From Camelus dromedarius (lineage: Eukaryota): 64,000 nt of DNA. Made by a program: the position numbers and the translations under genes. Positions 49,101 to 63,641 of this stretch are shown here, piece by piece. The stretch is from NCBI RefSeq assembly GCF_036321535.1, contig NC_087436.1, positions 34,908,001 through 34,972,000 of the forward strand. Reading direction: 5' to 3'. The notes below the pieces were generated by a model. The model was not told the origin of the DNA. It saw only the letters and a program-made list of their open reading frames with translations, and did not search any database. Every line of letters begins with the position of its first letter. Position 1 is the stretch's first letter.

Positions 49101-51388
49101 GTACTGATATATACTCTCCATTTCAATAGTAGAATGAGTGGGTATCTCCCCTACATGGCATTCACCATATAACTTCCCCTAAGTTATAGCTCTTCTCTTG
49201 TCTTTCCGGCATTCAGGCCCTGTATTTATGCACTGTCATTAAAATGATATTTATATTTAAAAATTAATTTTTATAATCCTGGCTGATTTTATTGTACCAG
49301 GAGCTGTGCTAAGTGCTTTGTACACATTGTACAATTTCGTATTCACAATAGCCCTATTATACTGGTGTAAACATCATTCCCATAAAAATACAAGAACACT
49401 GGGATTTGAACATTTTAAATAATTTGATCAACATCACGGAGGGCAGAAGAAAGGCTTGCATGCACCTAGATATTTGCTCCACTTGCACTCCCACCCCAGC
49501 TGGGACAATGGTGTAATTTTAGATTGTACCATTTCCTCTCCCTTCAAAGAAAAGGATAGTCTTTTTCGGTGTCAGAATGGACCACTGATGTCATATGCAT
49601 AGCTGTATGCTGGATATACTGACCTAAGGCAATAGTGACCACCAATATACACATGTACATTCTAGATTCAATAGGCAGTTACCAATGGAAACCAAGTCCC
49701 AGAGCCCCGCCCCCATTTTCTATGCTCTGCCCTCCCCTCTTCCTCTGAAAACATTGTCTATGCCTCTCGGTTTGTTTAGAGGCAGATCAGGTCTCACTTA
49801 TAAACGTTTCCTCCACATGTGGGATTCAAATCGTCTAAACTCAAGGACTGTTAGGAAAGATGTGTAAGCCAGAAAAGGACTTTCTGAGAATCAGATGTAA
49901 GGTTGCTTCTTAGCAAACTGCTTGAAAGAAAAGGAAATCCCTGTACACATACTGCAATTGGAAAATTAGTTTAAATAAAGCAATTTAAAGCTATTAGGAC
50001 ATACTAGCCTAAGTTATGCCTATGGACACAGAGGCTAGAAGCAGATCCATTATAAACACATGAGTACAAAGAGCACACTTTTTAATTTAATTATTCTACT
50101 GTATGACCTAATGACATGACATTTATTATGGCCCAATAATTTCTGTAAGAATCTTCTTTTAGATTTGGCAACCTAATTTCTACCAACTCTATCAAAACTG
50201 GTTAATCCTTTAAGAATGCCACGTGTATACTTACTGTGAGTGAACACTTCTTTTTTCAGTTCAGTCTTTTCCCCTAGTCACAGCTCTATCCTGAAAATAA
50301 TAAAGACAGCATGTCGGCCACCTGGAGCCAATCAGCTAGCTGACTCTCATCATTTTGATATTACCAACTTGCTAGTTGTAATTGTCATTATGTAAATAAA
50401 CTCCCCACCCCACACCTCCTTCCCTTTTTCAGGCTCAGATCGAAAATTAGTTCCTTCAGGAAACTTCCCAGAACCCCAAGAAATATCACTGTCTCCAAGC
50501 CTCGGTTCTCACAGCATCTTATGACATCTCTGTAAGAGGTCCTCCTGTCGTGTGTCTTGTGTTATATTTGAGAAATTCCATATACTCTGTCTCTTCCACT
50601 AGAGTGGGTACAATATGTGCATAGAGGTAGGTTTTGATTTATTTCTATTATTCTATTTGCTAGGAAGGTTAGCACTGGGCTGTATGTGTGTGGTAGATCA
50701 TTTCAACTTATTTGCTAAATAACAGCAGACCATTTTTATGTTCGTTTTCTCGGGGCCTTTGATAGAAATTATTTCTTTTAATCTTCAGAACTATTCTCCT
50801 CCTTTCACAGTAAAGGACACTGAAGCTTTAAGAAGTTAAGCAACTTAATTTTGAATACGAGAAGAGTCTACTGCTACAGCCTCCATCTTAGAGCTGTTCC
50901 TTTTCCAAGTCTTGCACTTGGGTAATTTCACTCATATTTGTAATATTACTCTTTAACCTTTCAGAAGATTTAAAAATAATAATTAATACACATTACTTTT
51001 ATGCCTTTAGTAATGTACAGCTGATTTGAATTCTACCTACATGATTTGACTTAAACTAAAGAGATACAGAAGAGTTTTGTTTATCTTTAATTTCACCTCC
51101 AAAGTGCTGAATTTAAAATAAATTAAACTTTCTTTTGGCTTGAAACTCAAAACTGAGATTTTTATTTCCAGAAGGCAACAGTTAAAATGCACTAATTAAC
51201 TAATAATGCTAGCCGAAGTGGAAAGCAGGACGGGGGCTAATGCTATGGAAGCTGACACCAAATAGTTGAGGATGGGGAGTGTGTGACCCCTCCCAGGGCT
51301 GAGTGGACATAAGATTGCAAGAACCTTTGTTCCTAGTCTTTGTAGTGCAGGTGGCCCTAAGAGTGAAAACGTTAGGAGGCAGGTGTAG

Positions 51389-51397
51389 GTGTGTGTG

Positions 51398-51450
<53 letters not shown>
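51389..51450. repeat. (GT)n microsatellite
   Basis: Directly visible in the sequence. Confidence 0.97.
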
Positions 51451-51451
<1 letters not shown>

Positions 51452-51673
51452 CTGGGAATGAGAGAGGTAAGCACATCATTAAATAAGCAGCAGTGGAAAT
51501 TACGTATTAACAGGAGCCTTTTGCTAAAGACCAAGCAACCTGACTTGACAAAAATAAAGTTATGGAGTTAAAATGCTCAGTGCTCATTTTTGGACGATGC
51601 TAGAGGAAATTTGAAGTTAACTCTGCACAGAAGGTGAAGGGGGCTTGTGTGCATCATGAAGAGTAAATACGAC

Positions 51674-51735
51674 AGAGGGGGAGAGAGGAGGGGAGAGAGA
51701 GAGAGAGGAGAGCAGGAGAGAGAGAGAGAGGAGAG
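51674..51735. repeat. GA-rich polypurine tract
   Basis: Directly visible in the sequence. Confidence 0.9.
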
Positions 51736-54684
51736 CAGTGCCATTGGCTTTCTTGTCTGTAACTTCTCCTAGCTCGCCTCTGCTCATGTCAGTCAGCTTT
51801 GAAGAGGTCTGCTCTGAAATTTTGTCTGTAAGCCCTGTTAAGTAGGATTAGTTCAGAGAAACTCTCAGAAATGACAAAAGACAGAAAACATGAGAATTAC
51901 GGGGCCCCACCCTGGACTGACGGCTCATGGAGACATCGAGAAAACCAAAGCCTTCCAGCTGTAGGCTTTGTCACTGAATGACTTTATGCTTTTGGTCAGC
52001 TCATTTGTGCATAATACTGTATAGAAAGCATTAAATTACATTAATCCAAGCTTCCCCAGAAATCATAGTGTCTAGAGGAGGAGAAAAGGTAAATAAAGAA
52101 ACAATCGAAAGACCTTTGAAAGCTAGAAGAAAAGGGAGAAGAATGGGGAAATAAAACAAAAATGAGAAAGAGTAATTTGCATGTTAGGCTGAGGTTGATG
52201 CCACTAAATTATTTCCTCAGAGGCTACTAGGAAATCTTTAGATGAGCTGTTTTTTTTTTTTTCCCGGCTTGGAGCAGTTTGAGGAATAAATGTGATTATT
52301 TTATGAGAAAAATATTACATCCATATAAACAACTATCTATTCAGTTTTATTCCAACAGATCAAAATCAAATCCAATCAAAATCATCAATAGATAGGTGAA
52401 AACTTGTGACAGCACAGTGCTGTGATCCAGCATCTTTTTAGTTGAGTACTCAAAGCACCAGGTGAGCAGTTAAAAGGCATATGTTGACTAAATTAGAACC
52501 GCAACACTTTACTAGGTAAATAAATAAACTTAAACTACTTTGCAGTATTTTTTGAATAAATTGAATTAATTTTGTGTCTTTTAACTCAAAACCTGAGTTT
52601 TCTAGGGTCTCATTAGAAAATTCACCTTTCCTTTTTCTGCATATCAAATTTTTGCCAAGGAACCAAAATCCATTTAAACTAAATTTGATTGCACAAACAA
52701 AACAATACTGAGGTTGAAATAAGTTTTTAGTATTATTTCTGCAAGTATATATGTGTGTGTCAGTAACACACTTCTAGGAGTCTTCAGTAGCAACTATTTC
52801 ATGGGATATGATGAAATTTGATTTTGATTAAATTAGATTTTGGGACCTCAAAAGTGAAATAGGCTTGGCATTTTCCCATCACTGGCAACTGCCCATGTTA
52901 TTAAATAAGAAACCTGAGAACTATATTTTCCATGAAATTTTTGAAATGCCCACAAGTGACATTAAATGATACTTGGCCACAGTCTTGAGTCTCTTTTGGC
53001 TGAAATGCTATCCAAAGACAAACGATGCCAAATTGCCTATATGCACTCCATCCCCCCAAGTCTTACTTTTTTTCTTCAAGAGCATGTAATTGAGATCAGT
53101 TCCAAGGAGGCTTCCTTAAAGTAATACCATAACAGTCATGTTTCAAAAAAACATACGCCACATATTGTATGTGTGTGTGTTTTAATATACTTCAGATTCT
53201 TCTTTCCAGGGACTAGTACTGGCAAATCATGTTATTCTGCCTCACCGACGGTTTCCCACAACTGACAATGCTTTGCTGTTCCTATCTGCTACCATGGAAA
53301 AATAAATTATTTTAAATAATCATTTATTTTAAAACATTCACTAAGTGCCTGCTATGTGCGTTAAGTCCAATAGAATGAGGATGGTGACAGAGGTATGAGC
53401 GAAATGCTTTAAGGGTTTAGAAGAGAAGCACCTCATCCAGAATAAAAGATGCTTAATGCTCACCGAAAATATCTGAAACCACAGCAAGAACATTAAAATT
53501 TTAAATTATGATGCATCAATATATGTACAGAACAAGGGTAAATTCACGAGTTAACCAGATGACCCTGAGGAATTTTCTCTTCTACATTTTTTTTTTTTCA
53601 AAATAGGGATACTAGTATCTGTTACAAAGGATTTTGCTAAATATTAAGTGCTTAGGGCTGTTTGCTTAGAAGAAACTTAATATTTTTTGTTCTCCAATTT
53701 TTATGTATATAGAGGTAATAAAAATTAACTGTATGTGTATGCTTAAATATCAGGGAAACAAAGTGCCATGAAAACCAATAAAAAATAAGTTTTTATTATC
53801 TTTTTAGTGGTTTTATGTTGAATCTGTCTATAAAATTCCATGAATCACAGGAAGACCTCTGGAATAATACTGTAACTTGAGGAAATTTTTACTTGAATGC
53901 TATTATTTTAAAATTATTCATGATGGTATCCTCACAGATATACTCTGGGTTCAGTAATTTCTCAAAAACTATGGAATCAATGGTTTAGGATCCAAAGAGA
54001 TCCTCTGTTTAATAAGATGGAATCACTTTGTTATTTAATGTAATATTTGCTAATAGAAAAAACTTTCTAATATATGTGGTCTTCATAAAACATAAAGAAC
54101 AGTTATAAAGTCTTTGCAGTATTGAACTTTGTCTTGAAACTCACACATAAAGGTTTTATAAACAAATATTGCCCACTATATCTTAGGTACAGGAAGAGGT
54201 GGAAAATATGGGTAGACATGGTCCCTGCCCTCACGGAACTGGTGTGCACATGGTGGAGTGTCAAATGGCAGAACATAGGTAATAAAGTAGTGGTGAGATC
54301 ATTGAATGTGGATTAAATACAGAACCAAACAGATACAAGGCTGCTGATTTTCCCAGGGAAATCTTGTTAATTCCTGCTTTTACACTTGCCCCTCTCTAAT
54401 CCATTTTCCACACATTGGTCACATTGTTCTTGAAAACTATTTATTGTGTCATGCAAACTTCTGGCTAAAAATCCTATGAAGTCTTTCACTGAACTAGGGA
54501 AAAAAGACTAAAGTCACTACTGTAGTCTATAAGATGCTTCATGATCTGGGCTCTGCTTATTTCTCTGGTTTTGTTTATAGATTTTTTTCCCCTTCTTTAT
54601 TATGCTTGACCTCATATAACTCTTCATTTTCCCCAGGTAAAAATGGATTCTGCCTCAGGTGTTCACACTTGCTGTTCCCCCTGG

Positions 54685-54870
54685 TTTTTTATTTTTTTAA
54701 TTATTTTTTAAAATTATTTTTTGTTTTTATTTTTCTTTTTTGGGGGGGGTGGGGAGTGGGTAATTAGGTTTGTTTGTTCGTTTGTTTAATGGAGGTACTG
54801 GGGATTGAACCCAGGACCTCCGGTACACTAGGCATACACTCTATCACTGAGCTATATATACTCTCTTCCC
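54685..54870 (-). mobile_element. tRNA-derived SINE (camelid Vic-1-like), adjacent to an L2 fragment at about 54370-54684
   Basis: Plus strand reads taattaggttt..ggaggtactggggattgaacccaggacctc..ctctatcactgagctata. Confidence 0.88.
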
Positions 54871-55385
54871 ACCACTTTTTTAACGTGACATTTTATCTTA
54901 AGTATTTTCTCATGTAACTAAATATTTTTAACAATATGATCTTTAACATATACATAGTAATTTATCAAATTTTTATAATTATTGAAGAGGGTATCTTTAG
55001 TTTCTGTCACCTAGAAAACATTATCCCTTCTTATGATAAATTTCATTTTAACTATCGATCTGCTCTAAGGACCAGAGGTAGATCCTATTTAGTTTAAACT
55101 AATCAAGATTTCTCTACTCCCTGGCCACAAAATTGTTCAAGAGGGGACATCTGAACATCTTGAATCAATGAATGGTAGACACAGAAATATTGTTCTGGGG
55201 ACCACCATATAAAAAATAAAGAAGAACAGAATCAAATGCAAAGAAAGGCTGAATTATTGACAACAACTTTTAAATTCTGCATCCATCCATTTCCAGAACT
55301 AGTCCTAGCTCTGTCCTTTTCATTTAAATTTTCACTAAAATGCTATGACTAATTTCTCAGCAATATATTTTGTCCTAGTGTCTGA

Positions 55386-56325
55386 TGTGAGATGAAAGAA
55401 AATATACATAATACATATTGTTCTCTGCCTCTGGTTCCTGGCACAGTGCTCTTAAAACCACTTGAATTTCCTAGGTGATAACAGTACTTCTAATATTTGG
55501 TCTTTGACCTGGACTCCTGACAAAGGGCTCCTGAAATCCTTTAATTTCTCGGGTGATAGGAGTATCCTTTGTTCTAATGAGGTTACTCCTGGTGGGCTAC
55601 TGGATGAAAGGTGGCGATCAGGAAGACCAAGTCATGATTAGAAGCTTGGAATTTTTCGCCCTGCCCCCTACTCTCATGAGCAAGAAGTAGGGCTGAAAAT
55701 GGACTTTATGATTTATTATGCCTATGTGATGAAACTTCCGCAAAAATCCCAGTAGCATGGGGTTTAAAGAGCTGTAAGGCTGGCAAACAATCTACATACC
55801 AGGAGGGTGACACACCCCAACTCCAAAAGGATGGGAAGCTCCTGTCTTTGGGACCCTCCCAGACCTGGCCCCATGTGCCCTACATATCTCTTTATCTGGC
55901 TGCTACTCTGTATCTTGTATCAAATCCTTTGATAAACTGGTAAACATTAGTGTTTCCCTGAGTTCTACTCTAGCAAGTTAATCAAATTCAAAGGAAGAGG
56001 AGGTCATGGGATGCTCTGACTTGCAGTCAAGTAAATAGAAGTTGTGGTCAACCTGGGAACCTACCACTTGTGATCAGCATCTGAAGAAAGGTGGCAGCAG
56101 TCGTGTGGGACTGACCCGTTAGCCTGTGGGATGTGACACCATCTCCAGGCGGATGGGGTTAGAATTGAGTTAAACTCTAGGACGCCCAGCTGGTGTCAGA
56201 GAATTGCTTGTTGTGGGGAAAAATGCCACATCTGATGTCAGAAGTGTTGCCATTCAGTTAGTAGTGAGAGTGACGGAGACACACAGGAAAGAAAGACACA
56301 GATGACAGAACTGAGAATTTCTAAC
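55386..56325. mobile_element. MER21-like LTR
   Basis: ggttcctggcacag..gaatttcctaggtgata..gtcatgattagaagcttggaa..gggaccctcccagacct..ccagctggtgtcagagaattgcttgttgtgggg. Confidence 0.8.
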
Positions 56326-57562
56326 GTATCTAATTATTTCTTTTAGAAATCAGGTTTATGTTTCAAAAGATCATCTTTTAAATCTTTTGATACATGCTTC
56401 CAAACTGTTTTCAAGACCGCTGGTAGTATTTTTTATTTCCACCATCAGTGAATAAGAGTACCATTCCCCATTTAAAAAAAAATTCTAAAAATGAAAACAG
56501 AATCTTTATCTTGGACTTCTCAAATAGTTACTCACAGGATATACTACAACTTAACTTGAGAGGGATTTGTATATTAATAAGTGGGAAGAATGACAGGAAA
56601 TTGAACCTATTTGAGGATAGATTAACTCCAAATGTTTTCAACATTAAGGACATTTAAATGATTATGAATGGATGAAAATTAGTTATAAAACATTAGAAAA
56701 TGAAAAAAATTAAGTATATGTAGCCTAGATATTTAACAGATGTAAGCCAAGTAGCCAACAATTTCCTGGAAACCAAATGCAATCCTTGGAATGACCAACT
56801 TGCAGAATTTACTTGTTCCTTCTTAGCATTTAATTTTATTTGACTGTTTTGCATCTTGCCTCATAATAATGGTATAAGAAATACTGTATTTGTTTGGGCT
56901 CCTGGGCCTGTCTTGACAACCAAATAAGAACTAGCTAATTAAAACCAAATAGTTAAAGGTACAAATATTTTGTCAAATTGGTCATTTGGAGGATTGCTGG
57001 TTTGGTGAAGTGCTTTTAAAAAACTAGCCTTGGGCAAAATAACCTAGACACAGATCTAGTGGGTCAGCTGTGGCTGTCTTAGATGATGTGAGCAGTGTTT
57101 GTTTACGAGGAACTTACTAAGGAGTTATTCTTTATGTCCACAAAAGACCAGATCCAAAACCAAGACATAGGCATGAAGTAAAGAAGGGTAAATTTTAACT
57201 GGATATGAAGATAAAAATGCTAATTTTAAGGATGATAAAACACTGAAATGGGCTGACTTTCCATGTGTTTATGCACTCATCTGCCTGAAGTTATCTTTAA
57301 AGCTCCTTTCCAGACTCACGAGGATAATGTCCCTCTGAATCCCAATCCAAAGAGAATGGAAAATCCAGTCAAAGGCAGGGTGATAAACTGTAAAAATCTC
57401 GACAATTTCCTGGGGAAAAGGAGTCAGAAGGATGCAACTGAGGAGAAAGTCAAAAGCACAGAAAGCACTGGCTGGGCAGAATAAGGACCAACTACAGATA
57501 TTTTAAGCATTTCACATTATTATTGGGAGAGGTGGTGTGGAGACAAACAGAAATATGATGAC

Positions 57563-57942
57563 TACAATTGGTTCTCTGGAAGTACAGCCTGAACAGGATT
57601 CTTGTGCAGGTGATTTACTGAGGGAATCATCTCAGGAGGAAGAGAATGAGGGCAGCAGGATACGGCACAGATTTGGTCTCAGCTGGAGTCCCGCTTCAGG
57701 CTGAGCCCTGCGGAGGCAATCCCGGAAGATGAGTCCCACCACAGAGTTGGTTCTGCCTTAGCATTCAGCCATCGCCTGGGAGCTGCTGTAACATTCCAAG
57801 GTGGCTTCTGTTGGTGGAGAGCGAAGGTCTACAATAGGAGGCATCTGTGAGCTATTAGTAGTCAATAATTACAAGAGCTGGGCAGGGTGTTTACCGTCCA
57901 AGTGAAGAACATCTGGGTGGGGCACCTACTGCATTTACTACA
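57563..57942. mobile_element. Old MaLR/ERVL LTR
   Basis: aggattcttgtgcaggtgatttactgaggga..catctgggtggggcacc..catttactaca. Confidence 0.6.
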
Positions 57943-59773
57943 ATGTATATTTTACTAAGTGGGATAAATTCTTCTCTGGTCTCTCTAACTAGCAACAGAA
58001 GTATTTACTAATTACTCTTTGATAATATTACTTTTTAAACCCTGTATTAATGCCTCTTAAACATTTCATTAATGTATCTCTAAAGTCATCAAAGTGAGAG
58101 TAGATATTGTGAAGCACAGGCAAACTGCTCTCTGAATGTCTGGAATTTCTTTGAAATTATGTTTTATCTCTAAAATTCAAATAAATTTCATCTTCTACTC
58201 CATGTATATCTACGCTAACTTTGATGAGAAAATATTTGATATATAATACATTAGATGAGTTAAAATATTTAACTTGTTACCAAATTGTTGATTTGGGAGG
58301 ACATCTAAGATTTGTTTTGTGGCTTAATCGAGGCCCTCTGTATAAATACTCTATACTTACGTATAAATAGTCTATACCCATGTACAAATATCCTATGCCT
58401 ATGTATAAAAATCCACAGAGTAGGAGTCCTTAACCACCCCATCCCCCTATGCATTAAGTAGTTGATAATCTGAGGGATTTAGATGTTCTATGAATATGTC
58501 CATGCCTATTAAATCACAGGAGCAAAACTGAGACAATGTTGGCCTTACTTCTTTTGTAGTCTTTCATTAAATCACTTTATTGATGTTAGAGCTCCAAAAC
58601 TGACTTTCACTAGTAGTCACACTTAGTACACTAAAGACTTCTTAGATGTCCCTGTTCTTTTCCTTACATGACTTGTTTGCTCCATCAAAGACTATTTAGA
58701 TTTAAACGATTATTGTCCTTAATATAGCCTGGGATTGTTTATCTGAACTTCACTGTGATAAATACTGTGGGACTACAAAATGATTTTCACCAATCCTACT
58801 TACTTTGTGGAACAGCAAATGAGCTGAGTTAGACCACAAACTGCTGGACTGGATTTGAAGATTGGCAGGAATGTTAATTTTGACTGGCTTCAGCAGTGTC
58901 TCATTTCAGTTGACCACTGAAGGAGCAAACAAGTAGTGCAAAGATTTCATGAAATAAGAATACAAATAACTGACTTGAAATGGCTCTGTAAGGCCACCCT
59001 CCATTTCCTAAGGAGACTAGCGCATGGTTTAGGAGTTGGCAGCTCAAAGGTATAATGAATCCTGCCCAGTGATAAGAGCCAAGAAATGAAGGTGTTTCAT
59101 CCATTAGGTTGGGACAGGGGCCATCTTAGCACTCAGCACTCTTCTTACCAATATGTAAGGCAATTTTTCTATGTTACAGGCAACCTTTAATTTTTTACTG
59201 CTGCATTAGGCCTACCATGGACCTACCACATAGTCAGCCCAACTATCAGAAATCTTGGGTGCACAATCTCACTATGGAGCCAAAATATACACAATATATA
59301 CATTAAACCTATTTCCTGTCAAAACCCAACTATATAGAAATATTCTACGTGTTAAAGACTGACTCCAACTGACCAGAGGACTGGTCCATCAATTTCACAA
59401 AAGTTGGGCAAATGCTAAATAATCAGTAGGAATCAGTCAATATGCATAGATTACATAGGAACAGAACTCCTGAGATAACAATCAATTATTTTATAAGGGA
59501 CACAGTAGGCAATTGCTACCTGTATATTGGATGAATTGTATTCTCTGTGTGACTTTACTTTAGGAGGAAAGTTCAAATCTGTTTCTAAAAATAAAATAAT
59601 ATATTTACCCCAAATTGCAGTATATTCTGCCTACAAAAAGTGAAGGATCTGTTGTACTTTTAGTATAGCAAGTATTGTCAGACTGTTATTATCCACAACT
59701 CCATGCTGCCATCCAGGAATTCTGTAATTTAGATCCCATAGAGCTTAGGGTGAAAACCTTATTTCTCAAAATA

Positions 59774-60122
59774 CAGTCACCCTCAGTATCCATGGGATAT
59801 TGGTCCCAGGACCCTCCTCCAATATCAAAATTCATGGATGCTTAAGTCCCTTATATAAAATGGCATAGTATTTACATGTATCCTGTATCCTCCTATATAC
59901 TTTAAATCATCTTTAGTGTAATTTATAAACACCTAATATAGTGTAAATGCTATGTAAATAGTTGTAAATACAATGGAAATGCTACATAAGCAGTTGCCAG
60001 CACACATAAGATTCAAATTTTGCTTCTTGGAACTTTCTGGAATTTTTTTTCCTAATATTTTTGATCCACAATGATTGGTTGAATCCAAAAATGCAGAATC
60101 AGTATATATGGAGGACTGACTG
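59774..60122. mobile_element. MER2-like Tigger MITE
   Basis: TA target sites on both sides and terminal inverted repeats cagtca...tgactg. Internal ttaagtcccttatataaaatggcatagtattt. Confidence 0.88.
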
Positions 60123-61649
60123 TACATCTCTCTTATCTCTTCCTCTGTCTCTCTGTGTCTCTGTATGTCTCTGACCATCAAACACTCATGTAGATATTTT
60201 ATTAGAAAATTGTATTTTGATCTCCAGTTAATCCAGATAATTTTTGATGACAATCCTCTTTTATAGAACTTCCATAATTCATTAAAATGTTTATCAACAA
60301 GAAATCTGCTTCTGTTCTGTGTGTGTCTGTGAATACATGCATTAACCTATTCATTTATCAGTGATTACTTATTCTAGATATCACTTAGAATTAAGTTAGC
60401 AGTTGTGTACACTGTGCATTTTCTTTAGTCAACTAAGATAATTTGCTCATCTCTTGCATTTTTTATTTATTTGTTTAGGGATAGGAAGTTATTAAATATC
60501 TATTTATTACTAGAAAATTAATCAGGCCAGTTTAGGATATTATGAATTCCTCTTGGAGGGTAGAGGTATAAAACTCAAATCAATAATTTTATCCTTTAAA
60601 ATTAATTGTACCTATGTGGTATAAAAGGGATTATTCTGTAAGTAACTAATTTAAATTCATTCCTCAGGCACAATTTAATAGATACTAAAATGATCAATTT
60701 GATAACCATGACCTCCTAAGTATACTATTTAAGGAAATGCCATGAAAATTCCTAGCATTATTTCACTAGGTTAACTGATTTTCTTAATAGCAAAAATACC
60801 TGAATATTTAAAAAAATTCTGCCAAGTGAAATCATTTAGTAAAGAAAGTAATAGTCAGTGGAAAATAAAACTTCATTTCTCATAAAACTGAAATAGAAGC
60901 CATATTTATATATGGGAAAAATCTACTATTTGGGAATTCTGTGGCCTGGAAAATAATTCAGTAGCAGTAATATAAGAGTTTGCTCACTGACTTCAACACA
61001 GAGATTAGTCAAGCACCAGTTGCTTATGACAATCAGGCTTGATAATTCTCAGTCATATTCTTCCTGAACATTCTGAGCTTTGATCCTATCAAGATTTTTT
61101 ATTCGAGTTTCAGAACCATCATATTAAAGATTTGGGCTTAAATTATCCATTAACAACTTTCTGGCTGGTGATACTGAAATAAAACACTCTTGTATCTTCA
61201 CTTTCACTCATCGCCATGCAATATACTCTTATTTTTAGTGTTATAATGGTTTAAGCCATTTTGAGTAGTGTTTTTCTTTAAATACAGCTATTATTTCAGA
61301 GTTTTACTAGCAAGTGACAGAAATCCAATCCAGTGGCTTAAGGGAAAAAAAAAAAAAAAAGAAGACTTTATTGGCTCTGATAACTAAACCATGAAAAAGA
61401 ATGCAATAGCTGAACCCAGTCTCAGTCTCAGATTTCCTCCCTTTCTCTATTTCAAATTGCAAGTCCTCTCCAGTCTCTTAGTGCCTTGTTTTCACCAGCA
61501 TGCCACCTTCCCCCAGATTTCCTTGACAATCTGTGTGGTTCTGGAGATGCTAATCCTACTCCAGATTCAAATTTATGAACTTGACAACATAGGGAACCTC
61601 AGACTGATATTAGCCTCCTGTACCATTGGCCTTTTACATATAAGATTGT

Positions 61650-63271
61650 TTTTTCTTTTTTAAAAGTGAGATATAATTCACATACCCAAAAAATCACCTT
61701 TTAAAGTGTAAAATTCAGTGCTTTTTAGTATACCCACAAAGTTCTGCAACCATTACCACTGACAGTCTCAGAACATTAGATCCCTCTAAAAGAAGTCTTT
61801 TACGCATTAGCAGGCATTCTCCTGTCCCTGCTTTCCTCAGGTCCTGGAAATCACTAATCTATTTTCTGTCTCTATGGATTTTCCTATTCTGGAACTTTCA
61901 TATAAATGGAATCATACAACATGAGATCTTTTGTGTCTGGTATCTTTAACTTAGCATAATGTTTTCATCCATGTTGCAGCATGGACCAATACTTCATTTT
62001 TTTTTTTATGGCTAAATCATATTCTATCCTTTGTACTTTTGTTTAGCCATCCATTACTTGACAAACATTTGAGGATTTGGGGGGGTATTATGAATAATAT
62101 TGCTATGAATATTTGTGTACAAGCTTTTAAATGGACATGTTTTTATTTCTTTTGAGTACATACCAAGAAGTCAAACTGCTGGATCACGTATTAACTTTAT
62201 GTTTAACTTCTGAGGAATTGCCAAAGTGTTTTCCAAATCTGCTGCACTATTTTACATTCCCATTGGCAATGCATGAGGGTTCTAATTTTTCCACATCCTT
62301 ACTAACATCTGTTACTGTCCATCTTTTTGATTCTAGCTATCCTAGTGGCTGTGAAATGGCATCTCATTGTGATTTTGATTTGCATTTCCCTATGGCTAAT
62401 GATGTTGAGCTTTTACTCATGTGCTTACCGGCCACCGCATATCTTCTTTGGAGAAATAACTGTTCTTATTCTTTGTACATTTGTATTGACTTATTTGTAT
62501 TTCTGTTATTGAGTTCTATCAATATTTACGTATGAGATGAGTTCCTTATCAGATAGATGGTTTGCAAATGTTCCATGTGCATTTGAGAAGAATATGCATT
62601 CTGCTGTTATTGGGCAGACTGTTCTTTAGACGGCTCTGTAGGTCTAGTTGGTTTATTGTGTTATTAAAATCTCTTATTTCTTTGCTAAACTTCTGTCTAG
62701 TCATTCCATCAATTATGAAAGTATAGTACTGATGTTTCCAACTACTGTTGCTGAATTGCCTGTTTCTCTGCTCAGTTCTATCAGTTTTTGTTTCATGGTT
62801 TTTTTGGCCTTTCTTGTCAGGTGCATTTATTTTTATAACAGTTATGTCTTCTTGATGGATTGACTATTTTATTATTACAAAATACCGATCTTTGTTTCTA
62901 ATAACAATTTATCATGAAGTCTGTTTGGTCTGAGATTAGTATAGCCACTCCAGCTCTCTTTTAGTTACTGTTTGCATGGTATATTTTTTTCTATCCTTTT
63001 ATTTTTAACCTATTTCTGTCTCAAATTTAAAGTGTATCTCTCACAGACAGCATATAGTTGAACAATGTTATTTTTAACCTATTCTGCCAATTTCTGCCTT
63101 TGGTTAGAGATTTTAATATTTAATGTAATTACTGATAACGTAGAATTTATGTGTGCCCTTTTGCTATTTGTTTTTTATATATCTATTTTTATCCTATATT
63201 TTTCCTTTACTATATTATGTTGTGTTAAATATATTTTTCTAATGTACAATTCTGATTGTGCTGTTTCTCTA
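61650..63271 (-). mobile_element. L1 3' end (about 61650-62570) followed by an L1 ORF2 fragment
   Basis: gagatataattcacatac, tttcatataaatggaatcatacaa, ttttgatttgcatttccct and tgtttgcatggtatatttttt. Confidence 0.9.
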
Positions 63272-63641
63272 TGCTATAGCTTAAATGTTTATAACTTCAA
63301 AATTCATATGTTGAAATCCTAGTATCCAATGTGATCATGTTAGCAGCTGGGGCCTTTGCGAGGTGCCTGGGTCATGAGGGTGGAGCCCTGATGAATGGGA
63401 TTGGTGCTCTTATAAAAGCAACTCCACAGATCTGCTTAGCCTCTTCTGCCCTATGAGGATACAATGAGAAGCCTGCAGCTGGGAAGAGGGTCTTCCCCTG
63501 ACCATGCTGGCACCTTGATCTCAGACTTCCAGCATCCAGAACTGTGAGAAATAAATTTTTGTTGTTTATAAGCTACTCAATCTGTATGTGTGAGTGTGTG
63601 TGTGTGTATGTTTTAAACAGCAGCTTTAATGGACTATGACA
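63272..63641 (+). mobile_element. MaLR LTR (MLT1A-like) with an internal (TG)n
   Basis: tgctatag..attcatatgttgaaatcc..catgagggtggagccc..cttccagcatccagaactgtgagaaataaa..gactatgaca. Confidence 0.88.

Noticed and set aside
62131..63322. Several ORFs up to 134 aa; similar ones at 10528-10791, 24163-24451 and 26005-26887
   Set aside because: They lie within L1 sequence, as sense fragments or antisense readings.
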